Shown one piece after another: positions 27,101 through 35,862 of a stretch of DNA of 64,000 bases. The notes beneath the pieces were generated by a model. The model had not been told where the DNA came from. It did not search any database and saw nothing but the letters and a program-made list of their open reading frames with translations. The DNA is from a virus. The stretch lies in the IMG/VR virus record IMGVR_UViG_3300045988_080466; one strand, written 5' to 3'. Position 1 is the first letter of the stretch; the number at the start of each line of letters is the position of its first letter. A program made the position numbers and the translations under genes.

Positions 27101-27593
27101 TTTAACTACTTACTTCAATAGTGATAGTTTATATGAAGAAACAGAGGGAGACTTAGCTGGACAAAAATTCCCTGTTGCATGGAAAACCGATGATAACTAT
27201 AAGCAACATAAACACTTATGTACATTTGAGCTAGTTGATAACATCACTGCTCCTGTGTATGCAATGTGTCAAGCTACTGGTTATAAACATACATCTAACA
27301 AAGAGTTGCCTGCACCTAATATACCTTGGTTGAGACACTATTTCCCTGCTACCGTTAAAGTTGTAGACCAGACTAACATTACTGCAACAGTAAATGCTGG
27401 ACAGAGATACCCATTCTATATTATATGGAATATTACTCCTACACAAATAACAGGTACAGTTAAGAAGATTAATTATGTATTTACCTCTGCAGGTAAGTTT
27501 AATATCAATATTCAAAGTAGTGTTAATCCACCAGAAGCTATTGGTGGTAATGGGGAAGAAAACAACGGAAATGATTTAATTATCATAAAATAA
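24120..27593 (+). CDS. tail protein with lamin-tail-domain (LTD) and purple-acid-phosphatase-like metallophosphoesterase domain
   Basis: LTD-like HHFVELSNLTNEDINLNGLSLQY (about 25185-25400). Metallophosphatase motif series FVQVSDQQG, TGDMTQNG, VGNNDL, AYCHEMPF, GGHKHTYS (about 26265-27020). Poly-Gly linkers GGGGGGDGD and GSGGGG. Confidence 0.65.
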   Translation: MAVELISEIVQKGGQDFALVDANNIRGGFYQVTEMSERDAIPDKRKKNGMLCFVLNDPDKVFTYQWLNGYWIKAQLGGGGGGDGDTRVEIVSTPEELANRVDLERAGQIVYIESTDEVLFWSNKDKWSSFDHIKIQDTEPVDDDAVWINTSQKSLPQYTNPDLATIIEAVEALRKLVNKHEYAFTHEMSSGGFENSARLDMMKAASPLEPGTETESTAAEEYPEYTEYETPNLKHLAIKAGTYSSLLENTRNFVNNELLWCTDTKQLYIMSNGSLNWINKSGSGGGGTEWDPSVLDKLDTIGFVTPSGQTYRVKIENDGKMVIYKKEMDTPQTKPTGGQEDPSGWVYVTSLFLQKLYINSIYCGGLASDEHSYNYCSHHFVELSNLTNEDINLNGLSLQYATEGTQWQVLPLWGTIKAQSTFLIRGAQCSVMDANTTKIKVKTYDMEWRDSGGNLMKFDNNKSKFYLTWGTTPSTVRNPYSNADGNYRVSLGYIDLVGFNKENAESSDTIDASENKPYTYLSTDKLFTKYYAMDPVSQATKALNKRNNANDWYFVDLTKELVPSIEAFTPRASFENKTIFYNKSKLVSLKPNLISCTFGRQATAPNATRCFNWVSVGYFDEYLWHRPKGSSDEGPWTKVESFKNETGIRKYYNRIRMEATDGTPFTTHKVILKNLSVGTYEYRVGRADANGNPSEFASDSLTFAVRGTDDIKNNFTFVQVSDQQGFNWDEYNVWRISAEYIKNNVPEAQFTINTGDMTQNGNRINEWIDYYNARKSLWGVEEMVTVGNNDLCPANMYVLGNGGDSSKINPSNMSFFYTFEIDETNPPVFTIEGKEVFVDSLYSFNYGNVHFMCVNSEITDLTETNIYGLSTGKITYPYIKQWCKKDIDANASAAWQIAYCHEMPFTIITQNVIQQFYWNDTENNKVERSGSHLNYNVPNEDKYWFSKFCQENNVRLVLGGHKHTYSVSWPLKENFSQDGTPISMKPIIQVTQSDLTTYFNSDSLYEETEGDLAGQKFPVAWKTDDNYKQHKHLCTFELVDNITAPVYAMCQATGYKHTSNKELPAPNIPWLRHYFPATVKVVDQTNITATVNAGQRYPFYIIWNITPTQITGTVKKINYVFTSAGKFNINIQSSVNPPEAIGGNGEENNGNDLIIIK

Positions 27594-30500
27594 TGTCAGG
27601 TAAAAGTGTAAGTATAAAAAACAAAACTACTAATGAATGGGAAATCGTCGCAGGTAGCGACGCTTCCCAAATTAGTACTTCTAATCCTGACGTGCTAGTA
27701 TCTGGAGAAGTAAATATCTCTGTTGACCAAGCACTCAGTAGAACCAACAAAAAGATAGAAACACTTCAACGTAATGTTTCGTGGCTTGCGGAACATGGCG
27801 GAGGAGGCGGTGGTGGGGGAGGAGATTTCACATCCTCTATTAAATTAACTAACGGTGGTATTACAACATCTGAAGGAGTTAATATTCTATATTCTACCAC
27901 TAAAGAAGTTAAACTAGATTACTTAATCACAGCATTAAAGAACAACCAAAAATTTACTATAACTGTTTCTCTAGACGGAAATAGTGTTATTTCAGGACAA
28001 GAAGGATGGTCTGGAACTCCGGGAAGTTTGCTTATTAAAAACATATCCCAGTACTCATCATCAAATAGTCACTCGATAGTAGTTACTGCAACCGATGCAG
28101 AAGGAATTAACGCTACTCCTTATATGTTAACTGTAATTGAATCATCTATTAATTTATCAAGTAGTGTTTCATCAGTTACTGCAACAATTGGATTGGCATA
28201 TAAAATAACATATACAGTTACTAATAAAGTACTGGCTGCAGACACATCTTTGATTGTTAACAATGTCACTAATGGTGTTTCTAAAACATTTGAGCTTGGT
28301 AAGTTTACATCTACTGAACCTTTGTTATATGATGTTGATTTCTTCAGCTTATTCACAGGAACTCCAACGGCAGGTTCTTCTTACACTATTGAAGCATTTG
28401 CACAAACATCTATTGACGGAAAAACTATTACTTCTGATAAAGTAACTAATAAAGTTGTAGTAGAAGACGGAACTTCTCTTGTAGTACTTGTTGATGGTAT
28501 TACAACTAAAGAAGAAGTAACAGCAGGAACACCTGCAACAGAGTTCCCTCAAGGTGGTAATATCTCATTCTCATTCACTCCTTATCTATCAGGTATTAGC
28601 ATTATTTACTATGCTGTTAGAATGAAGAGAGGAAACATCGTAAGAGATATTGGAACATTTGAGCCTGATGCAGAAAACCCATTCAATGAAAACCAATATG
28701 TGCAAAGAGGTAAACAACAAATCTTTAGTTGGGCTGTTGCACAGAATGACGATTACTTAGGTGATTGGGACATTACATTGAGATGCTGGTCTGAAAAGGG
28801 TTCTCCTATGACAGATACACAACTTGCTTGTGTTGTTGTAAAATCTGCACAATCTTTAATTGCTGACCAAAACCCTAGAAATACTAGATATGCAAGTTGG
28901 AGTATTAAGAATGAGTTTCCGACAGCTCCCACTGCAACTACATGGATGTCAAAAGAATTAAACTATATATCTCCGGGAACAACAGACCCGATTGTAGTAA
29001 ATACTCCTTTAAATGTATATAATACTAATGGAGAACTATCTGGATTCTTATCTAGCAATGGACAAACAAAACTAAGACTCAGTGGTGAATCTTACGGTAT
29101 AGTAGATTTACAACCATTTAAGGATGAAATAAGTGATAATAATAACTGGTCAAGACTAGGATTTACATTCTCTGTAACTCTAAAAACTGACCTACACCCG
29201 TTCTCTGATAGAACTATATTCTTTATAGGAAATTACAGTTCTGACGGAACATTCTCCGAAGGTATTAAAGTTGGATTGGAAGACATTGTATGGTCTTACA
29301 CTGACGGAAATATCAAGGAAACAATTTCTTGCAAGCTACAACAGAATGTTATTAATACTCTTGACTTTATAGTTGATAAGAATAATAGCGAAGTTAAAAT
29401 CTTTATCAATGGAGTACTTAATGCTGCAAGGGAAATCAAATCTGACTTTACTTGGAAAACTACAAGTAAGTTCTATTTGGCTTGCGATGCTGACGCAAAT
29501 GGAAATATAGGTAACTTTGCCGATGTTGAACTTTACGATATGAGATTCTTTAGAAGTGCATTAAACGATAAACAGATTGTAATTAATGCTTTAAATGCAA
29601 GAGCTAACGCTTCACTTATGTCGGACGGTACAGTAGATTTCTCTCTGTATAACTCTTGGAAATCAAAGAACTTCTTTAGTACATCAGAATCAACAGCATC
29701 TTCAACTTTATGGGACGACCAGAACAATACATATGCAAACATCAATTTCGATGCTTTAATTAGTGACTCTAATAAGAAGCCGCCTCTTCCAGTAGTTTAT
29801 ATTGACTGTGGTGGTTCTGGATTTACTAAAGCTGTATATGAAGCTGTAGGTGCAAACCCAACAGAATATACTGGTTGCACATTTAATTACTTTGACCCTA
29901 ATTCTACTAAGAGCTCGGCCGTATCTACCGGAGAATTATCAGTACAGATTCAGGGTACATCATCTACTGGTTATAGAAGTAAGAACTTAGAAATAATATT
30001 CAGAAAAGAACTATATGATGATTTAGGTGGTTTAATCGGCCCAGAGCTATTCCAGCCAAATAATACATGGATGCCTGAAAGTCAATTTACATTGAAAGCT
30101 GACGTAGTTGACTCTGCTCATGCTAACAATGCTTCTATTGGTAAATGGATTAATGATAATGCAGACTTACTGTTTGATAAAACTCCACCAATGGAACAAC
30201 TTGAATCAAGACGTCCTGTTGATACTAGAGATAAAACAGTTACACATCAAAATGTAACAATTAAACATACACTTGAAGGATTCCCTTGTATCTTACTTAT
30301 TAAGTTTGATGGAACTGATACTCAGGAAATGTTAGGTATTTACTCCTTTAACTTAGGACGTAATGCTTACTTTAACATGGGATTCAAGTTTTTTAAATCA
30401 TTCTCAAGAAGAATCAAGGATTCATCTGGACAGTATCAAGAAAACCCAGTTCCTGCTTTCATTACTACTTACGAAACATATAAAGATAATGAAAATTTTG

Positions 30501-33500
30501 GAACTATTGACCAAAGACAAATATACTCTTATGAGTTCTCTGAAAATGCTAACATCATTATCAAAGACGATGGAACTAAGCAGATGACTGCTCTGTTCAT
30601 GCAGGACGACTTATCTATCTTGCAGCATGTTGGAGAATTTAGGTATAATGGAGCAAATGGAGATAACTCCGATGTATCTGATAACAATATTTGGCAAAGA
30701 CTTCAATTACTATTTACCGACTTAGCCAGTATGACTGGTGAAGCTGTTGATAAGTATAGATGGAATGTCCAAACAAAAGGCTACGAAAAAACAGGAGACC
30801 AATATGCAGCCCAACAATCTTGGTCAGCCCTAGCTGATGATTTAACTAATAGGCTAAATATTAGAAATGCTTATTCTTACTATATAGTTTGTATAGCATT
30901 TGGACTTGTGGACTCTCTTGGTAAAAATATGACACTTCGTTCTTGGAACGTTGGAGGAAGCCTTACTGATGAAAATATGAACAAATGGTGGCCTTGTTTT
31001 TACGACATGGATACGGCATTTGGTCTATCTAATACAGGTGAAGAAAATGTACCTAAGACAGCATATCTTGATACCTTTGCTAATGCTAAAGTAGAATCTG
31101 GAGTTAACTCTCTGGTAATTACTCAAAATTCAGCAGACGGAGGATATGATACATACTCTGCAAGATTATGGGATGTTCTTAGAGACACAAGATTTATAAA
31201 TACAGGGGTTTATTCAGGAGCAGGATATGATGCTTTATGGGAAACTTGGCGTTCAGTAGGAACACTTCTTAAAGAAGCTAACTACTTCGTTGATAACTAT
31301 TTCAGCATCCAAATGAAGAACTGTGGTGAGCTTCTATATAATTATGACTACAAAGTTAAGTATTTAACTAGATATTCAAAGGATGAAGGTAGTGCCGCTT
31401 CTTATGCTAATATTGAGTTCTTACATGGACCTCGTGTTGAATTTGTAAGAGACTGGCTAAAGAAAAGATACTACTTTATGGATGGTGTGTTCCAATATTC
31501 AAATAGTGCACTCATCCAGCCATATAATGAAAAGGGTGCTTTTAAATGTGGTGGTGCGGAAGGACAAGCTCCTACACTCACAGTAAAATCTAACTGCCCG
31601 TTAATCTTTACGGTAAACATTGGACAGACATCTGCGGGAGATATTAGATATTTTATTGATGAGAATATCCCAACAACTATTACTCTATCACCTATATCTT
31701 CTTTTAATACGCAGATTACTATTAATGGTATTTCTCAAATCAGTCAGCTTGACGGATTGAAATATATGAGATTCCAAGGATTTATGTCTACATTGAGACT
31801 GCCAAGTTTTGCAAATGTAGATATATCAGGAGTAAAGACATTGTCAAGTGCTCCAATTCTATTTGAAACAGCATTTATTAATGACCAAGATTTCTCTGAT
31901 GTAAGACATATTGACCTTAGTAATACATCCTTCTGGTCTGGAAACAGTGGTGTAAGTACATTTACAGTAAACATTGAAAAGTATACGAAACTAAAAGATT
32001 TGAATATCTCTGGTTCTTGTGTAACTTCTCTATCTTTACCAAATGCTTCACTTGCTTCCCTTAATATTACTAACTCAGATGTAGAAAAGATTACATTACA
32101 GTCTCAACCATTCTTGAGTTCTATCGACTTTACAGGATGTAAGAAATTAAAAACTGTAATTATTGATTCTTGTACTAAGATAGAATCACTTACTCTATCA
32201 AGTTTAAGTGACTTGGATTCTGTAACCATTACAGGATGTCCTAATTTGAAATCTATTGTTTGTACTAACAATACTGCGCTATCAGTATTTAATGTATCTA
32301 ACTCTAACAATGTAGAAACAATAAACCTATCTAATTGTAATAGTAGGTCTCTACAAATATATATTGTAGGTGCGGCTAAGATTAAAACACTAAATCTTTC
32401 TGGAACTACAACTCCAGAGCCAATTCAGTTAGCACAAGGTCTGAACACAATTACTTCTTTAGACATTAGTAATAGTTCTGTATCTGCTTTCCAATTTGGT
32501 AATGACCCTATCCCTACTTATAAAGGTGATAATATCTTAGATTTAAGTCCATTTAATCTTACTTCATTATCTTTAAGAAATGCAGGTTTAGTTAAATACA
32601 TTAAATTTGATAATAATAAAACTAAGCCATTTACTGTTGGTAATTCTTTCTTCGTTGGATGTTCTTCTCTTATAAGAGTATTCGGACATTTGGCACTTAG
32701 TGGGCAGAGTATATTTAGTAACTGTAACAAGTTCTTTATACATGACATGCCAGATACTATTCCGACTCCAATGATTAGTCCTACTGAATGGTTCGGCCCA
32801 GATACGAGCACAGAAGATGGAAAAACTCAATGGAAAGCTAACACAAATCTAGATACAAACTTTACTATCTCAACCACTGCTTTAAACAGTGTGTTTAGTA
32901 CTACTGCTTGTACTCTATATGATGTGTATTATATACTTAATAGATGTCAGAATGTTACAAGTTTGAATGGTACGTTTGTTGCTTGTAGACAAGTTACTAC
33001 TTCAGTTCCTAACTCTTTTAACAGAAATATGTTCAAGTACTGCGGTAAAGTAACAACCATAGATAGCTTATTCTGGGATTGTGGAGACTTAACTAGTATA
33101 TATTTTAGCCCTACACATGATGACGATGGAAACATTACAGCATACGATGGACTGTTCTCACCGCTTGTGAGTTGTACTAATATGAACAACTCATTCCAAG
33201 CAGGCGGTCAGAAGTATATGGATGAATATCTATTTGCCCCAGTAAATGCAAATGGAGATACTCTAAAACTAACTTCAATCAGTTGGGCTATCTACCACGA
33301 GACATTTATTAAAAATGCTAGTGCTCCTAAAGAAGAAATTTTAAGTTCTGATTATATATATGCCAAGGCAAGTAAGCTGTTAAAATATTTGCCAGAACTT
33401 AACAATATAGGTTATCTGTATGCAAGTACTTATTCTAAAATTGAGTTTGATTTAGATACATATACAGAGAATGGAAAGACAGCTTCATACTGTCCTCTAT

Positions 33501-35578
33501 TCTATAATAACTCCAAATTGGTTTCAATAAGTCAATGCTTCAATTGTTACGGTAAAGGTTCTTTATTGAATGTATTTGGCGGAGATGAAGTATTTAACTC
33601 TATGAGAAATAACTTCCCTCAATCATTACAATATATTAGAGGTTCATTTAACTGTGCTAAAGAAGGAAGCAATACAGTAACTTGGCCTATAAAGAACTCA
33701 ATGTTTAGTAAGATTAAGTCTACAATCAAGTTTATTGGGCCGGTTGATGAAGGTAACTTTACAACAAGTGCAGGTAGCTTTGCTGGAGCAGGTATTGTTA
33801 AATCATACATTCCAGACTTAGTTGGAGATAAGTTCCCTTATGATGTATTTAGAGGTTGTACTAACCTAACAGAAGCTCCGGCTTTCTTTGCTAGAATGGC
33901 GTTTCCTTCTGATACAACAACTGAAATTCCGGGAACTACATTTAATGACTGTACCAAACTTACTAATATTTCTTACATGTTCTACAATATGAGTAATGTA
34001 AAATACTCACTTACAAGTAGAGGATTTAAGAATTGTAGGATAGTAAATGCCACAGCTTGTTTTATGGAAGATACATCTAACTATTGTAAAATAGGAAAAG
34101 TTCCTTATGGTTTATTCTATCAAGAAACGGATGTAAGAAAACAATTTATTGGTTGGAATCATACAGACGCTGCAGCTTCTGGAATTACTGAAACATTTGG
34201 TATTACAGAAAGTGGAGAATGGATTCCTGATGATGAATTGCCAACTCAATTACCTGCAACTAAAACATATGAGTTTACAAGAAAACAATTAAATAGAACT
34301 ATAAGAACCTTAGATGGATGTCTAAGAGGATTTAGAAGTCCAGATGCATCTCAATACTTAATTGATTGGGGAAATCTAGAATATGGAGATTCAGGGGATT
34401 TAGTAGCAATTAATGAAGACTATAACCCAGTTGAGTTTATAAAGAACTCTGCTTATGACCCAAGAGAACAGGTTCCTAATCCTGCTTACAATCCTGAAAA
34501 TCCAGGAGCTGAGCCAGAGTTTATTCCTAATCCAAATAGAGATATTCGTAGAGTATTGAAGAATACTAACTATGACCCCTATGAAGAAATGTGGAATTAT
34601 TGGGCAGTTGACGGTAGGGTTGGAATGAAGGGAATTATAGAAAACAGTAATTTATATAGAGATGTATTAAATGGCACTGTAACTACACTTCCAACAACCA
34701 TTCCAGATACTATGGAAGATGAAAACAATAGTAGGTCATGTATAACTCCTGCTTCTTACACAGCTAAAAGACTAGTTATGAACTACATTTGTCCTCCAGA
34801 TTTATTTAGATATTGTGAAAACAGTGCAGCACTGAATGTGAATAACATATTTATGCAAAGTGGGATTTCTTCAGACGTCACTGGTAATTATCAATCTTAT
34901 GGTCTATGTGGTAGAATCCCGCCAAGATTGTTTGAGCCAATATCTAATGTGACTAAGCTAGAAGGTATATTTTATTATTGTTTTATGGTTAATCCATATA
35001 CTTGGCCTGATACTACAAATGCTGGAACAATGTATCCACCGAACCTATTCTCAACATTGAGAAATTTAACTTCTATTAAGTTGTTATTCTCATACAATGA
35101 GATACCTTCTAATATTGCTCTATCTTCTTCACTATTTGTGAATAATTTGAGTCTTTCAGACTTAGATAGAACTTGGATGTGTTGCAGATGGTATTCAGAT
35201 GCTACATTGCCTGCACAAGTCCCTACTGATTTATTTTCTAGAAATGGAGCTTTAGGAAACCTAAGAGGTACATTCTCAATTTCATCTCTGAGTGTAGATA
35301 GTAGTGATAATGTAACAGCTAGTTTATATACTTATGGAAGAAACCCAATAAAGATAGACAGTACGTTAGTAACAAGAGCAAAACATGCAAATGTATCAAA
35401 CGTATCTTATATGTTTGGTGGTTGTAAGACAACTCAAGGAACTGTACCTGAGCTATGGAATTGGCTAAACAAACTATCTCTTAAATATAGAACACAACCA
35501 TTCTATCAAATGTCTAAAGCATTAATAACAAATAGTGCTGGCATACCTGCAGAATGGTCAATAGGTATGAATGATTAA
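27593..35578 (+). CDS. giant (2661 aa) modular tail fibre/adhesin: LamG-like + CotH-kinase-like + LRR + BspA-type LRR regions
   Basis: Gly9 hinge at about 27796-27825. LamG-like VELYDMRFFRSALNDKQIV (about 29000-29590). CotH-like QIQGTSSTGYRSKNLEIIF, FTLKADVVDSAHANN, SLGKNMTLRSW, WWPCFYDMDTAFG (about 29750-31500). LRRs LNISGS..LNITNS..FTGCKKLKTV..ITGCPNLKSI (about 31730-32620). BspA-like F(x)xC(x)xL repeats to about 35100. Confidence 0.7.
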   Translation: MSGKSVSIKNKTTNEWEIVAGSDASQISTSNPDVLVSGEVNISVDQALSRTNKKIETLQRNVSWLAEHGGGGGGGGGDFTSSIKLTNGGITTSEGVNILYSTTKEVKLDYLITALKNNQKFTITVSLDGNSVISGQEGWSGTPGSLLIKNISQYSSSNSHSIVVTATDAEGINATPYMLTVIESSINLSSSVSSVTATIGLAYKITYTVTNKVLAADTSLIVNNVTNGVSKTFELGKFTSTEPLLYDVDFFSLFTGTPTAGSSYTIEAFAQTSIDGKTITSDKVTNKVVVEDGTSLVVLVDGITTKEEVTAGTPATEFPQGGNISFSFTPYLSGISIIYYAVRMKRGNIVRDIGTFEPDAENPFNENQYVQRGKQQIFSWAVAQNDDYLGDWDITLRCWSEKGSPMTDTQLACVVVKSAQSLIADQNPRNTRYASWSIKNEFPTAPTATTWMSKELNYISPGTTDPIVVNTPLNVYNTNGELSGFLSSNGQTKLRLSGESYGIVDLQPFKDEISDNNNWSRLGFTFSVTLKTDLHPFSDRTIFFIGNYSSDGTFSEGIKVGLEDIVWSYTDGNIKETISCKLQQNVINTLDFIVDKNNSEVKIFINGVLNAAREIKSDFTWKTTSKFYLACDADANGNIGNFADVELYDMRFFRSALNDKQIVINALNARANASLMSDGTVDFSLYNSWKSKNFFSTSESTASSTLWDDQNNTYANINFDALISDSNKKPPLPVVYIDCGGSGFTKAVYEAVGANPTEYTGCTFNYFDPNSTKSSAVSTGELSVQIQGTSSTGYRSKNLEIIFRKELYDDLGGLIGPELFQPNNTWMPESQFTLKADVVDSAHANNASIGKWINDNADLLFDKTPPMEQLESRRPVDTRDKTVTHQNVTIKHTLEGFPCILLIKFDGTDTQEMLGIYSFNLGRNAYFNMGFKFFKSFSRRIKDSSGQYQENPVPAFITTYETYKDNENFGTIDQRQIYSYEFSENANIIIKDDGTKQMTALFMQDDLSILQHVGEFRYNGANGDNSDVSDNNIWQRLQLLFTDLASMTGEAVDKYRWNVQTKGYEKTGDQYAAQQSWSALADDLTNRLNIRNAYSYYIVCIAFGLVDSLGKNMTLRSWNVGGSLTDENMNKWWPCFYDMDTAFGLSNTGEENVPKTAYLDTFANAKVESGVNSLVITQNSADGGYDTYSARLWDVLRDTRFINTGVYSGAGYDALWETWRSVGTLLKEANYFVDNYFSIQMKNCGELLYNYDYKVKYLTRYSKDEGSAASYANIEFLHGPRVEFVRDWLKKRYYFMDGVFQYSNSALIQPYNEKGAFKCGGAEGQAPTLTVKSNCPLIFTVNIGQTSAGDIRYFIDENIPTTITLSPISSFNTQITINGISQISQLDGLKYMRFQGFMSTLRLPSFANVDISGVKTLSSAPILFETAFINDQDFSDVRHIDLSNTSFWSGNSGVSTFTVNIEKYTKLKDLNISGSCVTSLSLPNASLASLNITNSDVEKITLQSQPFLSSIDFTGCKKLKTVIIDSCTKIESLTLSSLSDLDSVTITGCPNLKSIVCTNNTALSVFNVSNSNNVETINLSNCNSRSLQIYIVGAAKIKTLNLSGTTTPEPIQLAQGLNTITSLDISNSSVSAFQFGNDPIPTYKGDNILDLSPFNLTSLSLRNAGLVKYIKFDNNKTKPFTVGNSFFVGCSSLIRVFGHLALSGQSIFSNCNKFFIHDMPDTIPTPMISPTEWFGPDTSTEDGKTQWKANTNLDTNFTISTTALNSVFSTTACTLYDVYYILNRCQNVTSLNGTFVACRQVTTSVPNSFNRNMFKYCGKVTTIDSLFWDCGDLTSIYFSPTHDDDGNITAYDGLFSPLVSCTNMNNSFQAGGQKYMDEYLFAPVNANGDTLKLTSISWAIYHETFIKNASAPKEEILSSDYIYAKASKLLKYLPELNNIGYLYASTYSKIEFDLDTYTENGKTASYCPLFYNNSKLVSISQCFNCYGKGSLLNVFGGDEVFNSMRNNFPQSLQYIRGSFNCAKEGSNTVTWPIKNSMFSKIKSTIKFIGPVDEGNFTTSAGSFAGAGIVKSYIPDLVGDKFPYDVFRGCTNLTEAPAFFARMAFPSDTTTEIPGTTFNDCTKLTNISYMFYNMSNVKYSLTSRGFKNCRIVNATACFMEDTSNYCKIGKVPYGLFYQETDVRKQFIGWNHTDAAASGITETFGITESGEWIPDDELPTQLPATKTYEFTRKQLNRTIRTLDGCLRGFRSPDASQYLIDWGNLEYGDSGDLVAINEDYNPVEFIKNSAYDPREQVPNPAYNPENPGAEPEFIPNPNRDIRRVLKNTNYDPYEEMWNYWAVDGRVGMKGIIENSNLYRDVLNGTVTTLPTTIPDTMEDENNSRSCITPASYTAKRLVMNYICPPDLFRYCENSAALNVNNIFMQSGISSDVTGNYQSYGLCGRIPPRLFEPISNVTKLEGIFYYCFMVNPYTWPDTTNAGTMYPPNLFSTLRNLTSIKLLFSYNEIPSNIALSSSLFVNNLSLSDLDRTWMCCRWYSDATLPAQVPTDLFSRNGALGNLRGTFSISSLSVDSSDNVTASLYTYGRNPIKIDSTLVTRAKHANVSNVSYMFGGCKTTQGTVPELWNWLNKLSLKYRTQPFYQMSKALITNSAGIPAEWSIGMND

Positions 35579-35598
35579 TAATTTTAAAACGATATAAT

Positions 35599-35862
35599 AT
35601 GTACGGATACGGAAAAGTAGCAAACAGAGAAGGAAAAATATCTTCTGTCCAAGTAAGTATCTTGCAGAATGTTCCTGCCGGAGATTTCTTCCCCGGTGTG
35701 ATATTTCTGATAAAGAATATTACTGATGATAATATAACAGCAGAGATTAGACCTGCAGGACAGGACAATTTCATAGAAACAGTACTATATCCCGGATGGA
35801 ACCCTGAGATGTGTGAAGAAATAAGAGACGCAGAAGAAGGAACATTACAATATGGGTACTAA
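35599..35862 (+). CDS. hypothetical small protein
   Basis: ORF track. Lies between the two giant genes and overlaps the next by 11 nt. Confidence 0.55.
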   Translation: MYGYGKVANREGKISSVQVSILQNVPAGDFFPGVIFLIKNITDDNITAEIRPAGQDNFIETVLYPGWNPEMCEEIRDAEEGTLQYGY

